DNA of 63,884 nt, the filler included, from Thraustochytrium aureum (taxonomy: Eukaryota), in assembly GCA_012862495.1 (NCBI GenBank). It is 5 parts of 5 records of this genome, joined end to end, with 100 filler letters (N's around TTAATTAATTAA, not from the genome) between each part and the next. Parts side by side here need not be neighbours in the genome. Positions count along the whole stretch, not along the records: positions 37,783 to 53,437 come from BLSG01000135.1; positions 53,538 to 60,090 come from BLSG01000139.1; 3 more parts are not named here. One strand, written 5' to 3'. The notes below the pieces were generated by a model. It worked only from the letters and a program-made list of their open reading frames with translations. It was not told the DNA's origin and did not search any database. The first letter of the stretch is position 1. Every line of letters starts with the position of its first letter. Position numbers and translations under genes: made by a program. Positions 44,138 to 55,174 of the stretch are shown one piece after another.

Positions 44138-45338
44138 TCACTTTTTCATTGTCATCTTGCGCATCCGATGCTCCACGACCAAGCGATCCGAGTCCGAATC
44201 GGAGCTTGGGGTGGACTGCGAAGCGCGGCGCACATCCAGGGCGCCAGGCTCTGCCAAGCTGAAGCTCCCATGCCCAGTGTCAGCGATTATACGGCGTGCG
44301 CGAGCCTGAAAAGTGTCCAAGTACGCCAGGAAGCCATCTCCGGACTCGGGAGCAGTATCAAACGCCGGCTCATCGCGGGAGTTCCAAGTGTCCTCCGAGA
44401 CGAGCGGTTCCGGGTATTGATCACTGTGCGCGGCCTTGAGCTGCTCTTGATTTCGGGTGTTGCGACTCGGAAGAGCGCTTTCAAAGTGAACGCCCTCGCT
44501 CTCAGTGTCACTGAGAGCCTCGCGAACGAGGTCGACGCCGTCCCTGCCCAACAACGAACGACGCAGCCTATCTAGCTCCTTGCGGTGCAGCTCTCGCATC
44601 TCGTCCAGCTCGGCGAGGTGGAGCCGACGCAAGCGCTCCCTCTCTTTGACGCGCAAGTGGCGTTCGCGCCCTAGCTCGGCCTCCAACAGCTCGATCTGCT
44701 GCTCTTGCGCCTGAATCTGGCGCAGGGCACCATCAAGCTGTTCTGCAAGGGCGGGGTCTTGGGCTTCGTCGTGTCTGCGACTGGCCCGGGGCACGCCCCT
44801 CGCTGCGGGCGGCGCAAAGCGCCTCGCGGCCTCGCTGTGGCCTGGACCTGAAATCGAGGCCCAGCCGACGGCGTGGGCAGGATCCCGACTGGCCAGCGTA
44901 GCAGCCGACCAGGCATGCGCCGGCGAGGGCGACCGCGACGCAGGGGTGGCAGCAAGCCGAGTCGGGTCGCGCGGGGAGCTCACGGCGGCGGGGCTGCGCC
45001 CAGGCTTTGTCTGCAGGTAGCGGGGCAGTGTGGGAAGCGGGCCAGAGTCGGGTTTTCGCGTGAACGGGTCGCAGAGCTGCCCGTCCGCGAGCTGTCGTAC
45101 GAGGAGTTTTGGCATAAGCGTTTCTGTTTTTCTTCCAGGCGCGGTTGCTCATTGGTTCGCTCAGCTTGCCCACCCACTGCTTGACCCGTATCTCGACGTG
45201 CCGGCTCCCCGCGCCGCCTTTCAAGTACGCGTCCACACGGTCGAGGCACTCGAGAAAGTCCCTATCGCCGCGCTGCGCCCCCTGGAGCAAGTCGCTCTCG
45301 CGCGCCAGGGAGTCGGCGTGCTCAACCGCCTGTCGGTA
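44138..45338 (-). CDS. DUF4485 (CEP112 N-terminal-like) domain protein with coiled coil; frameshift near 45110
   Basis: Joined frames read IRVKQWVGKLSEPMSNRAWKKNRNAYAKLLVRQLADGQLCDPFTRKPDSGPLPTLP, matching the remembered DUF4485 pattern. Confidence 0.7.
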
Positions 45339-45621
45339 NNNNNNNNNNNNNNNNNNNNNNNNNNNNNNNNNNNNNNNNNNNNNNNNNNNNNNNNNNNNNN
45401 NNNNNNNNNNNNNNNNNNNNNNNNNNNNNNNNNNNNNNNNNNNNNNNNNNNNNNNNNNNNNNNNNNNNNNNNNNNNNNNNNNNNNNNNNNNNNNNNNNNN
45501 NNNNNNNNNNNNNNNNNNNNNNNNNNNNNNNNNNNNNNNNNNNNNNNNNNNNNNNNNNNNNNNNNNNNNNNNNNNNNNNNNNNNNNNNNNNNNNNNNNNN
45601 NNNNNNNNNNNNNNNNNNNNN

Positions 45622-46007
45622 GGCTCGCCGCGTCTCGGGACAAGGTCCTGGAGGCAATAATTGGCGCAGTTTGCGCCTCTCGCCCGACGCTGGTGAGCCC
45701 CTCCATGAGCGGCAAGTACAGCGTGCCGCTTGTTCTCCGGCAAGCCTCCAGCGACACCAATGTCCTGTCTGCGTTCGTAGCGGTCGCGCCGGTCGGCTTT
45801 CGCCGCGACTTTTCTGCGGTGCGCTTGCCGACGCTCGTCACATGGGGTTCGGAGGACGCACGAATCGGTGTACCGGGCTCAAAGCACCTTCTTGCAGTGC
45901 CTGGGAGCGTGGCGTTTGAGATGCCAGGTGGCGGCCACCCCTGGTACACCGAGTCGCCCACAGCGTTCCACACCGAGCTGTTGGGGTTCTTGGACTCCCT
46001 TTCGTGA
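45622..46007 (+). CDS. ABHD14-like alpha/beta hydrolase, C-terminal part
   Basis: Nucleophile motif LVSPSMSGKYS, FVAVAPV, PTLVTWGSED and GHPWYTESPTAFH. Confidence 0.85.
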
Positions 46008-46191
46008 GCCGGCGCATTCTCGATCAAGCAAGCGCAGGCACAGCGGCGCAGGACGAATTCGGACAGCAAACACAGGCGCAGCGGCGAAGCGCGGATTCGA
46101 GCTGCAAGCGCAGGTGCAGCGGCAAAGAGCTACTTCTCACACTTTCTAAAGGCTAGAGCTCCCGGGCAGCTACTCCAGAGGGCTTTCCGCC

Positions 46192-49100
46192 TCATTGCTG
46201 GTTGCAAGACTCCTGGTTCGGGCCGTCGTGATCACCGCGGAGCGGTGCCGGCGGCTCAAGCTGCGGGACGCCAGGCGCTGGGGAGCGCGAGTTGCTACCC
46301 GCCGAAGTGCGCCCCTTACTGCCACTCCTACGCTTGCCGGTCGACGGCTGGGCTGTGTCTCTGCTGCCACGAGGCGGCGTCTTGCTCGACAACGCGGGAA
46401 GCGGGCTTGGAGCGATGTTGGCGGGGCGGTTCTCCTTTGCTTCTTCAGCGGGAGGCCCAGCGCTGCGCAGGCGCTCGAGGCGCAGGCGAAGGCTCGTGTT
46501 CTCCGCTTCGATCTCGTCGCATTTGCGCAAAAGCTTTTGCAGCTTGCCTTCGGTTTCTTTGCGAGACACCAGCTCGCTTGTCTTTGCCATAGAAAGCATC
46601 TGATTGCCTTTTCCAGAGTTGAGATCTGTGCTTCGTAGCTCCGAACCAGCTCCGAGATACCTTTGCGCGCGCCCAATCCTCCCAATCCTCCCGTGGCAAC
46701 CAAGCTTGCCCCAGCGGCTCCGAGTGGTGCAGCGGGGCGGCGCCGGAGCTCTGCGTTCTGGTCTTGGAGAGCGGCCACCTGCTTTGAAAGTCGCTGCACC
46801 TCCGCAACAACGTCCTGCTGCGACTCGGGGCCATCAGCAACGCCCTGCCCTTGATTTCGCTGAACCTGAACTGACTTCAGTCGACGGCGCAGGTGGGTCG
46901 CTTCGTACTCGAGCTCCTCAACGCGGAGCCGGCAGCTCTCCATGATTTTGGTTGCCTCTGCTCGCCGGCTCTTTTCCTTTTCGAGGGATTCCTGCGTATC
47001 CAGGAGCCTCGTTGTCATCTCGTTGACTTTGGAGACGTGCTCGCGCCCCAGCTGCTCTCCCTCCTCGGTCATGGCGGAGAGGCGCGATTCGAGCTCGGCC
47101 GACTTGGCTCGCGCATCGCAAAGGTCGGTGTCCAGCTGGCGCACGCGTCTGTGGAGCTCCTCAATTTGTTCGTCGCTTGCTTGGTGGCTCGCGCGATACT
47201 CTGCAGCCTCGAGCTTGAGGGCTTCTTGCGCCTCCAGCAAGCAGGCTTCCCGCTCCGCTGTGGCCCTCCCAAGCGCGGCGAGCTCATCCCGCAATGCTTT
47301 TTCCCTCTCGCGAGACACAGCCACGAGCGCCTCACGAGCTTGACCGTCGACATGGCGCGAGACGGCGCTCTCCAACAGCCTCTCCGTAAGGGAGCTTGCC
47401 ACTTCGCGCATGTACTTGCGCTCCCACGACTCTGCTACAGCGGCCGCGCGCGCCTCGGCCCGCTCGGATTCCTCGTAGAATAGTGCGGCTTGTTCTGCTG
47501 CTTTAGCATTGGCAGCGGCGAGCGCCTCGGCCTGCTCTTGCCGCCCACGTTCGAGTGCGGCCTCGTGGGCCTCCTCCAAGGCACTGATGCGCAAAGCCGC
47601 TTGCTCCTCGCTCAGCTTGAGCGCAACAGCGTGCTCCTCGGCCGCCCGTTGCGCATCGCAAGTCGCCTGCTCCAGGGAGCCGAGCGCCTCGTCGCGGGCG
47701 GCCGAGACCGCCGCGATATCCGCCTCGAGGACGGTGATTCGCTCGTTGGCATCGCGCAAGTCTTGCTCAAGCCGCTCACGCAGACGGGCGAGGTTGTCGT
47801 TCTCAAATTGAAGCTTGTTGAGGGACTCTTCACTCTGGTCGCACAAGCTCCTTTTCAGGGATTCGTTCTCCCGCCGCAGCCGCTCGAGAGACTCTCGAAC
47901 CTCAGGGTTGAGCTCGGAGATGCCGAGCTGCCTGGTCCCGGCGCCCGACTCGTCCTCCTCTTCAGCGTTGACCGCGCCGAGATCAGAGAGCAGCGAGTTG
48001 TTTTCACGGAGAGCTTCAGACTCATTCCGCTCCAGCACGTCGACGCGGTCCTGGAGAGAGGCGAGCAAGGAGGCCTTGTCGCGGAGCAGTGCTTTCGTCT
48101 CGCTGAGGGCCATCTGCGAATCTGTGTACGCTTGCTTGCAAGCTTCCAGGTCGCGCTTCAGCTTGGTCAGCAGTTTCGCTTCCTCCTCTGCCTGCATGCT
48201 GCGGGCGAGAAGCTGCTCGTTGCTGCGCTCCAGCTGTTCCAGTTGCTTGCCGAGGTCCGCGGACGCGGCGAGTTTCTCCTTGAGCCGCTGCATGGCTGCG
48301 TCTTTTTTGGACGCTTGCGAGGCCTGAGCTGTTAAGACTTCGACCTGGTCCCGAAGCTCCTCTGCTAATTTGGCTTCTCGCTGCAAGGCATCCAAGTTGG
48401 CTCGAAGGGCGCAAAGCTGCCGCTCTTTCTCCTCCAGCGCAGCAATAAGGCCGGCCTCGCGGCCCTGCGCGGCGCTGCTCATCTCCAGCTCCGTTCGGAG
48501 CACCCCTTCCTTTGCCTCCTGCTTGAGGGAAGCCACCTGGTCTTGCAGGGACTCTACCAACTTTTGTAGCGCCCCGTTGTCGGCGTTGGACTGCTCGATT
48601 TCCGCGCGCATGGCCTGGTTTTCCCGATGCAGCCGCTTCACTTGTGCGCTTGAGAGCGTCTTGGAGAGCGACCTGGATGCGCTTGTGCGAGCAGGGCTTT
48701 CATAGTCCTCGCTGCCCGCTCCGCTATTCGAGCGCTTGGCGAGCTCTACCATCGCGGGCGAAAAGGGCGAGGGGGACGGGGGCGCCTCATTCACAGCGGC
48801 GAACCGTTTAAGTGCCGCGTCCACTTCTAGCATGAGAAAGTGCTGGACGTGGGCAGGCATGTCCATGATTTGGGCCACGCACGACTCTTTGTGCGGCCCT
48901 TGCACCGCAAAGCCCAGCAACACCTGGAGTACATCTGCCAGCGCGCTGTCGTCGCGCTCTGGATCAGCAGGCCAGAACCTTCTGGCGGACCTTGGGAGCT
49001 GCAGGGCGTGCTGCAAGCGCGCCTCCACAGTGGCGAGCGACGGGCCGGCGTCCCCGCCCTCGTCCACGTCGTGCAGTGGGGCATGGACTCGGTCCAGCGC

Positions 49101-49292
49101 TGTCCAGAGCGCCTCCCCGTCCCGCAGGTCGGCGAGCGCGTTGCAAGGAACCCCTGAGACTGCGCTGACCCACGCCAGCAGGCCCTCCACGTGTTCCTCC
49201 GATCGTTCGAGCGGCACGACTGAGATCTTGCTGGGCCGTCCTGAGGCTTTCGGCGTGGACCTGTACTGCGTGTTGGGGTCCTCGTTCTCCAT
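46192..49292 (-). CDS. HOOK-family dynein adaptor (HOOK domain + long coiled coil); frameshift near 46605
   Basis: GLLAWV...LADLRDGEAL...VLLGFAVQGPHKESCVAQIMDMPAHVQHFLM and ISELNPEVRESLERLRRENESL, followed by extended heptads. Confidence 0.8.
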
Positions 49293-49951
49293 CGCGCGCA
49301 ACCCCGGGGTCGCGCCTGCTCGCTCTGGCCAGCTCCCGACGCTACCGTGCAGAGCACGCCAGGAACCTGGCTCGCTGGCAGGCAGGCTCGCTCGCTGGCA
49401 GGCTGGCTGGCTGGCAGGCTGGCTGGCAGGCTGGCAAGCTGGCTGGCAGGGAAGCTGGCTGGCGGTTGCGGCTCTGCCTGCCTCCGAGGCGAGGCCGGAA
49501 AAACCGCTGCAGATCACCACCGTCCAAGGGCCTGCCTCTCCGCGCCGCCAAGAGCGCCCGCCGTGCAGCCCGCCGCGCAGCCTGCCGTGCAGTCCGCCCG
49601 CGGTCGCAGCCCTCGGANNNNNNNNNNNNNNNNNNNNNNNNNNNNNNNNNNNNNNNNNNNNNNNNNNNNNNNNNNNNNNNNNNNNNNNNNNNNNNNNNNN
49701 NNNNNNNNNNNNNNNNNNNNNNNNNNNNNNNNNNNNNNNNNNNNNNNNNNNNNNNNNNNNNNNNNNNNNNNNNNNNNNNNNNNNNNNNNNNNNNNNNNNN
49801 NNNNNNNNNNNNNNNNNNNNNNNNNNNNNNNNNNNNNNNNNNNNNNNNNNNNNNNNNNNNNNNNNNNNNNNNNNNNNNNNNNNNNNNNNNNNNNNNNNNN
49901 NNNNNNNNNNNNNNNNNNNNNNNNNNNNNNNNNNNNNNNNNNNNNNNNNAC

Positions 49952-52900
49952 TCAGACCTCAACGCTGTCCTCCCTGACGAGGCGGGACGCGAACGAGTCG
50001 ACCGGGGCGCGCGGGGCGCGGCGGCTGGGGCGAGGATTGCCCGAAAAGGAATCAAACGGGTTTCCCGCCCGACCCGAAGCACCAAAGAGCGGGTTGCTGC
50101 TCGAGCGCTTGTCCGATGCCGGGAACGAGATAGCAGACGCAGCGCTGGACTCAAAGCGCGCACGCCACTGCTCGATACGGCGGTCCGTCTCGGAAAGCTC
50201 CGAGGAGGCTGCAGATGAAGACACGCAGCACGCGTAGTAGCGCAGACACGACGAGAGGCAGCTCGGCGACTCGTCAGCGAGCTGCGCGGGGTTGAAGATC
50301 GAATAGCCGGTGCGGTCTTGCGCTGGGGCCGACGAGTCCTCGACCGGGGTTCCGGTGACGCGCGTGCACAGATTTAGCACGAACACCGAGATCTTTCCGA
50401 GGCGCTTGGGACGCGCGTCCGATCGAATGGTGTGGAAGGCCGCGTAGTACCTGTCCGAAAGGGCCGCGGCCGCCAGCACAGAAAACACAAACGAGCTCAC
50501 GAACTGCAGGCACAAGCCCCCGACGAGTATAGCGAACCCAGGGCGCAGTGAAGCCGTAACGTCCATGCAAAACGCGTCCTTTTCGGCATCCGGCACAGCG
50601 AGGGCGAGCACGCTCTCCAGGTCGTAGCAGAGGTTTTCGCTGACAGCAATGCTGGATATCTCATTCACGTAGATCTGCACGAGCGGCGAGATGAGCAGGA
50701 GCATCCCGGCGAGGGCGAAGCAGGCCAAGTCGAGCCCGCTCCAGAACAGGGCGACGCGCTCGAACCAGTGCACGTAGCGAGCTGCGCGAAGCGAAAGCGG
50801 CGTCACCATGAGCGCCACGAGGACCCCGAGCTGCACCACGGGAGCGATGACGAACACGATGAAGAAAGTGATCTGGAGAACAAATATTCCGAGTGTCTCG
50901 GCGCCCGTAGCCGTTGGCGAGCGCGAGAGGCCCGCCCCGATCGCCGCCAGCGAAAACTCCTTCAACTCGAGAGGAGATTCGAGAGTTGGCGACCCTTCGC
51001 TTACCTCACGCAAGACGATGCCGGCGAGGCCGTTGACCTCAAACACGATGCAGGGAATAAACATGCCCACCATGATGAGCACGATGCCCACGAGTGCCAT
51101 GCCCACGATGGCGGCGCTCACGGTGGGGTTGATGCTGCGCTGGCAACCGGCCGTGTCGCGGCCAACGAAGGCGTGGCTGAACAGGCTGCGCTTGGAGTGC
51201 AGCGCCTTAGTTGGCGCGGCAGTAGAGTTCCTCACGCCGTCGATCTCGTCCCGCAGTTTCTGATTGTTGCCCGCGGTTCTCTCCAAGTAGTAGCTCAGCA
51301 CGTGGGAGATGACGAGCGTCACACTGGCGATTATAGCAAGCAAGATCATGCCCGGCTTCGGCTGCACGTTGAGCTCGAAGCCGGCCACCTCGCCTGGCAC
51401 GAAGGCAAGATTGTTGTAGTCGGCAACATTGAACACGGTATACAGGGATGCGATGGTGACAGCCAGAACGAAGACGAGCACAAACCCGATCTTGCCCGTG
51501 AGTTCGAGCAGCTCAACAATCGTGCGCTTGTGGCCGACGCGGACAATGGTGCTCGGGATGAACCACAGGCCAATGATGGTCATGTTCTGCAGGACAGGAA
51601 ACACGATCGTGGCAAAGGCAATGATGATACCGACCAAAGCACCGAGCTCCTCCCACATCACGTTGATGAGGGAGCCGACGGTGATGGGCATCACCTCGAC
51701 GAGCTCGGTTTGAGCGCCGAGCAACGTGAGACGGATCACAAGCGACAGCGCTCCGGAGAACGCCACAGCGACGACAAGGAGGCCGAGGTTGACCGCCGCG
51801 AGGAACGGGATGCCAAATTTGGCGAGCAATGGCGTGACCGGGTGCTGGAAGATGGACTTCATGGAGAGCTCCGTTGCGACCATGATGCGAGCCATCTCAG
51901 CCGAGCTGTCGCCACCCGCGAGCGACTCGAACGACTTCTCAGAGGAAGCCAGGTTGGCGAGCAGAGTTTGCTTTCGCCGCATCTTGTGGATCGGGTACAC
52001 CGCGCCATAGCCAACAAAAGCTAGCAGCGCGGTCCCCGCGATGGCGGTCCCGAGCGTGGTCGCGATGTCGGCCGGGGATGTCGCGTCCGTGAAGTAACCC
52101 GTGATCTGTTCGATGAGCTCGGCGCACGACTTTTCTGCCCCCTCGAGCTGGGCGTCTACGAGAGCCTGCGCGTTGACCTCGTCCAGGTACGCGGTCGCAA
52201 ACTCCAGAGACCGGATGAGCAGGCGAGCAACCTGCTCGCCGTTCTCGCTCTGCAGCTTGAAGTCGCTCGCGCCACCAAAAAAAGGAAACTCGCATACGTC
52301 CAAGCAGGTGATCTCTGCCGTTATGGAGCTCGCATTCAAGTCGAACGCCTCCGGACGGAGCTCTTCAAGCGGAATGAGCAGGCACGGGAGCTCTTGCAAG
52401 GAACTGATCGCAGAGAACTGCAGCTGCATGGCGTCAACGAGGTTGATCTTGAGAACCAGAAGCAGCTGAAACAGGAACTGCTCCAGTGTGAGCTTGACAC
52501 GAATGTTGTTCCGCATCTCCGGGACGCTGGGGAAGAGGTCACGGGCGTTCAAAACGAGGTCGAACTGAACGAACGCCGGGCCAGGCAACTCGATCGCAGT
52601 GAGAATGGCATAGTCGGCGTCCGCGGCGGCCAGTTCGGTGTCTGAGGCCGCCAGCGCACGCGACGGCTTGGACGCAACGGGTCCACTGTACGGCTCGCCG
52701 ACACGCAGGTTGGAGAATCGAATCCCACCCATGCGAAGATTCGAGATTCCGAGGTCAACGCTGCCGTACTTTGTGCCGTAGTACACAAAGGGTTGGTCGA
52801 CGAGCTCGATCGCGTCGCCCTTGTCTTTGCTTAAAAACGTGGCGCTCGAGAGAACCGTGGCGAGAACAGCGTTTAGATTGACGTAGTTGTCGTCGATGAC

Positions 52901-53437
52901 GTACTGCTTGAAGAGATCTTGGAAGAGGGCATAATCGGCTTGCGTGCTGAACCGCATGATCGCGTTATCGCCCTCCAGCGGCGGTGCTGCGATATCGCCA
53001 ATGGCCGGACAGTCCGCAACTTCCTGGAGGTCCGCGATGAACGAGTTGGCGAACTCGCGCAGGCAGTTCTGCATGACGCTCGTGAGCGCGTCCTTGTAAA
53101 AGTCTGCGACGATGTCAGCCACGGCTACGAACAACGCCTCCATGGGCTTTGTGAGGAGCTCGTTGGTTCGGCTGACGATGGCTACGTTGGTCACCTCGGC
53201 CACGTCGACCTGCATCTTTCTGATCACGAGGCCTTTCTTGTAGAACGAGCCGACCAAGCAGTCCACGGCGCTGTCCGCAAGGAAGATGGTTTGCTCCTCG
53301 TCGACGCGGAAAAAGTGGCCCAGCGACTTGGCGCTCAGCGCCTTGGGGTTGATCGCAGTGACGAGCTCGAGGTCAAAGACAAACTCCTTCATGTTGAAGG
53401 TGATGGAGACCTCCTCCCGTACCTTTCCCGTCGCCCC
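49952..53437 (-). CDS. Large membrane protein: long extracellular/lumenal region followed by two PqiA-like multi-TM modules; 5' truncated
   Basis: The 1146-aa ORF is open to the scaffold end. It has PqiA-like FATIVFPVLQ...LELTGKIGFVLVFV and FVIAPVVQ...FWSGLDL, with ~10 TM helices. Confidence 0.65.
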   Translation of the reverse strand, partial: GATGKVREEVSITFNMKEFVFDLELVTAINPKALSAKSLGHFFRVDEEQTIFLADSAVDCLVGSFYKKGLVIRKMQVDVAEVTNVAIVSRTNELLTKPMEALFVAVADIVADFYKDALTSVMQNCLREFANSFIADLQEVADCPAIGDIAAPPLEGDNAIMRFSTQADYALFQDLFKQYVIDDNYVNLNAVLATVLSSATFLSKDKGDAIELVDQPFVYYGTKYGSVDLGISNLRMGGIRFSNLRVGEPYSGPVASKPSRALAASDTELAAADADYAILTAIELPGPAFVQFDLVLNARDLFPSVPEMRNNIRVKLTLEQFLFQLLLVLKINLVDAMQLQFSAISSLQELPCLLIPLEELRPEAFDLNASSITAEITCLDVCEFPFFGGASDFKLQSENGEQVARLLIRSLEFATAYLDEVNAQALVDAQLEGAEKSCAELIEQITGYFTDATSPADIATTLGTAIAGTALLAFVGYGAVYPIHKMRRKQTLLANLASSEKSFESLAGGDSSAEMARIMVATELSMKSIFQHPVTPLLAKFGIPFLAAVNLGLLVVAVAFSGALSLVIRLTLLGAQTELVEVMPITVGSLINVMWEELGALVGIIIAFATIVFPVLQNMTIIGLWFIPSTIVRVGHKRTIVELLELTGKIGFVLVFVLAVTIASLYTVFNVADYNNLAFVPGEVAGFELNVQPKPGMILLAIIASVTLVISHVLSYYLERTAGNNQKLRDEIDGVRNSTAAPTKALHSKRSLFSHAFVGRDTAGCQRSINPTVSAAIVGMALVGIVLIMVGMFIPCIVFEVNGLAGIVLREVSEGSPTLESPLELKEFSLAAIGAGLSRSPTATGAETLGIFVLQITFFIVFVIAPVVQLGVLVALMVTPLSLRAARYVHWFERVALFWSGLDLACFALAGMLLLISPLVQIYVNEISSIAVSENLCYDLESVLALAVPDAEKDAFCMDVTASLRPGFAILVGGLCLQFVSSFVFSVLAAAALSDRYYAAFHTIRSDARPKRLGKISVFVLNLCTRVTGTPVEDSSAPAQDRTGYSIFNPAQLADESPSCLSSCLRYYACCVSSSAASSELSETDRRIEQWRARFESSAASAISFPASDKRSSSNPLFGASGRAGNPFDSFSGNPRPSRRAPRAPVDSFASRLVREDSVEV

Positions 53438-53537
53438 NNNNNNNNNNNNNNNNNNNNNNNNNNNNNNNNNNNNNNNNNNNNTTAATTAATTAANNNNNNN
53501 NNNNNNNNNNNNNNNNNNNNNNNNNNNNNNNNNNNNN
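53438..53537. other. Artificial scaffold spacer
   Basis: 44N-TTAATTAATTAA (53482-53493)-44N. Confidence 0.97.
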
Positions 53538-53706
53538 GGCTGGCTGGTGCTCACTGTGACTGCGGTGAGAAACGAAGTACTCTAGAGCTTCCAAGATGGC
53601 CAGGCCGGCGGCGCGAAGTCGCAGCACTTTTGTCTTTTGTCTACTCTACATAGCAAACCGAACCGCGCCGGGCCTCCAGAAAATGCGTTAGCTTTTTGCA
53701 AGCGTA

Positions 53707-54532
53707 TCAGTTGCGCGTGTTGCGGAAGAGCAGGACGAGGTTGAACACGGCGCCAACAACGAGTGCGACGCGCAGGAGGCTCACCTCGCTCTTCACAGCC
53801 TCGGTGGCCTTGCTCGCCTCCAGTTTCTGCTGGGCTTTCGCATCGCCGCCAGCCCACAAGGGGGCGTGCTGGCGCACGCGGTCAAAGTTGGCGGCCTCCT
53901 CCTTGCCCAAAAATATAACGCCACATCGCGCGTGCACGTCGCTCGGCATCGGGCTCGCAAGGATGCGCTCGCCACTCACATTCAGGTAGGCCACGCCGCC
54001 GGCGCGCTCCCAAATGAAAGCCATGGGGATTGCTTCGTAAACAAGCCGGAGACGGCCGTCTGGGTACTGGCTGTCGATCGGATACATGAACGCCCCGCCC
54101 TGCATGAGCTGGCGCGAGACGTCGCTCACCATGCAGCTCATCCACCGCACGCTGCGACCCCGGAGGTGCTGCGCCACAAAGGTGCTGATCGTGGCATCCC
54201 AGTTCGCGCTGCTGCCCTCGTTGATCGCGTACGTCTTGCCCTTGCGCGGCTGCTTGAAGTCCTCGATGAAGCAGACCCACTCTTTCGGGCCAAAGTTGTA
54301 CTGGTGGAAGCTGACCGGCGCAGACTTGGTGGTGTAGGCAAACGTCAGAGCCGCAGAGAATAGCGCGTAGCCGGCGGCCACGATCTCGTCCGCGCGCTTG
54401 ACCTCGCTCAGCGTCTTGGCCTTGAAGACGCCGAAGATGGCGCCGACCGAGATGGAGACGGGGACATTTTGCGACCCGTCGAGCAGGTCGAACACGACGA
54501 TGTACTCGCCCTCCGGGTTGCCGAACGACACG
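53707..54532 (-). CDS. Class I fructose-1,6-bisphosphatase-like protein with a C-terminal hydrophobic tail; N-terminus in gap
   Basis: YIVVFDLLDGSQN...SVGAIFGVF, VAAGYALF, YAINEG, MVSDV.R.LMQGG.FMYP and GRLRLVYEAIPMAFIWERAGG. Confidence 0.88.
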
Positions 54533-55174
54533 NNNNNNNNNNNNNNNNNNNNNNNNNNNNNNNNNNNNNNNNNNNNNNNNNNNNNNNNNNNNNNNNNNNN
54601 NNNNNNNNNNNNNNNNNNNNNNNNNNNNNNNNNNNNNNNNNNNNNNNNNNNNNNNNNNNNNNNNNNNNNNNNNNNNNNNNNNNNNNNNNNNNNNNNNNNN
54701 NNNNNNNNNNNNNNNNNNNNNNNNNNNNNNNNNNNNNNNNNNNNNNNNNNNNNNNNNNNNNNNNNNNNNNNNNNNNNNNNNNNNNNNNNNNNNNNNNNNN
54801 NNNNNNNNNNNNNNNNNNNNNNNNNNNNNNNNNNNNNNNNNNNNNNNNNNNNNNNNNNNNNNNNNNNNNNNNNNNNNNNNNNNNNNNNNNNNNNNNNNNN
54901 NNNNNNNNNNNNNNNNNNNNNNNNNNNNNNNNNNNNNNNNNNNNNNNNNNNNNNNNNNNNNNNNNNNNNNNNNNNNNNNNNNNNNNNNNNNNNNNNNNNN
55001 NNNNNNNNNNNNNNNNNNNNNNNNNNNNNNNNNNNNNNNNNNNNNNNNNNNNGGCCGTGCTCGCCCCGGGGGGAAGGCTGCTGCAGCGCCAGGTTTCTTT
55101 TCTCTGCGGCGTCAGGCGGCGAGGCGGTGGCGGCGCCGGACGCGGCTCGGAGAGCGGGAAGGCGGGCGACAACG

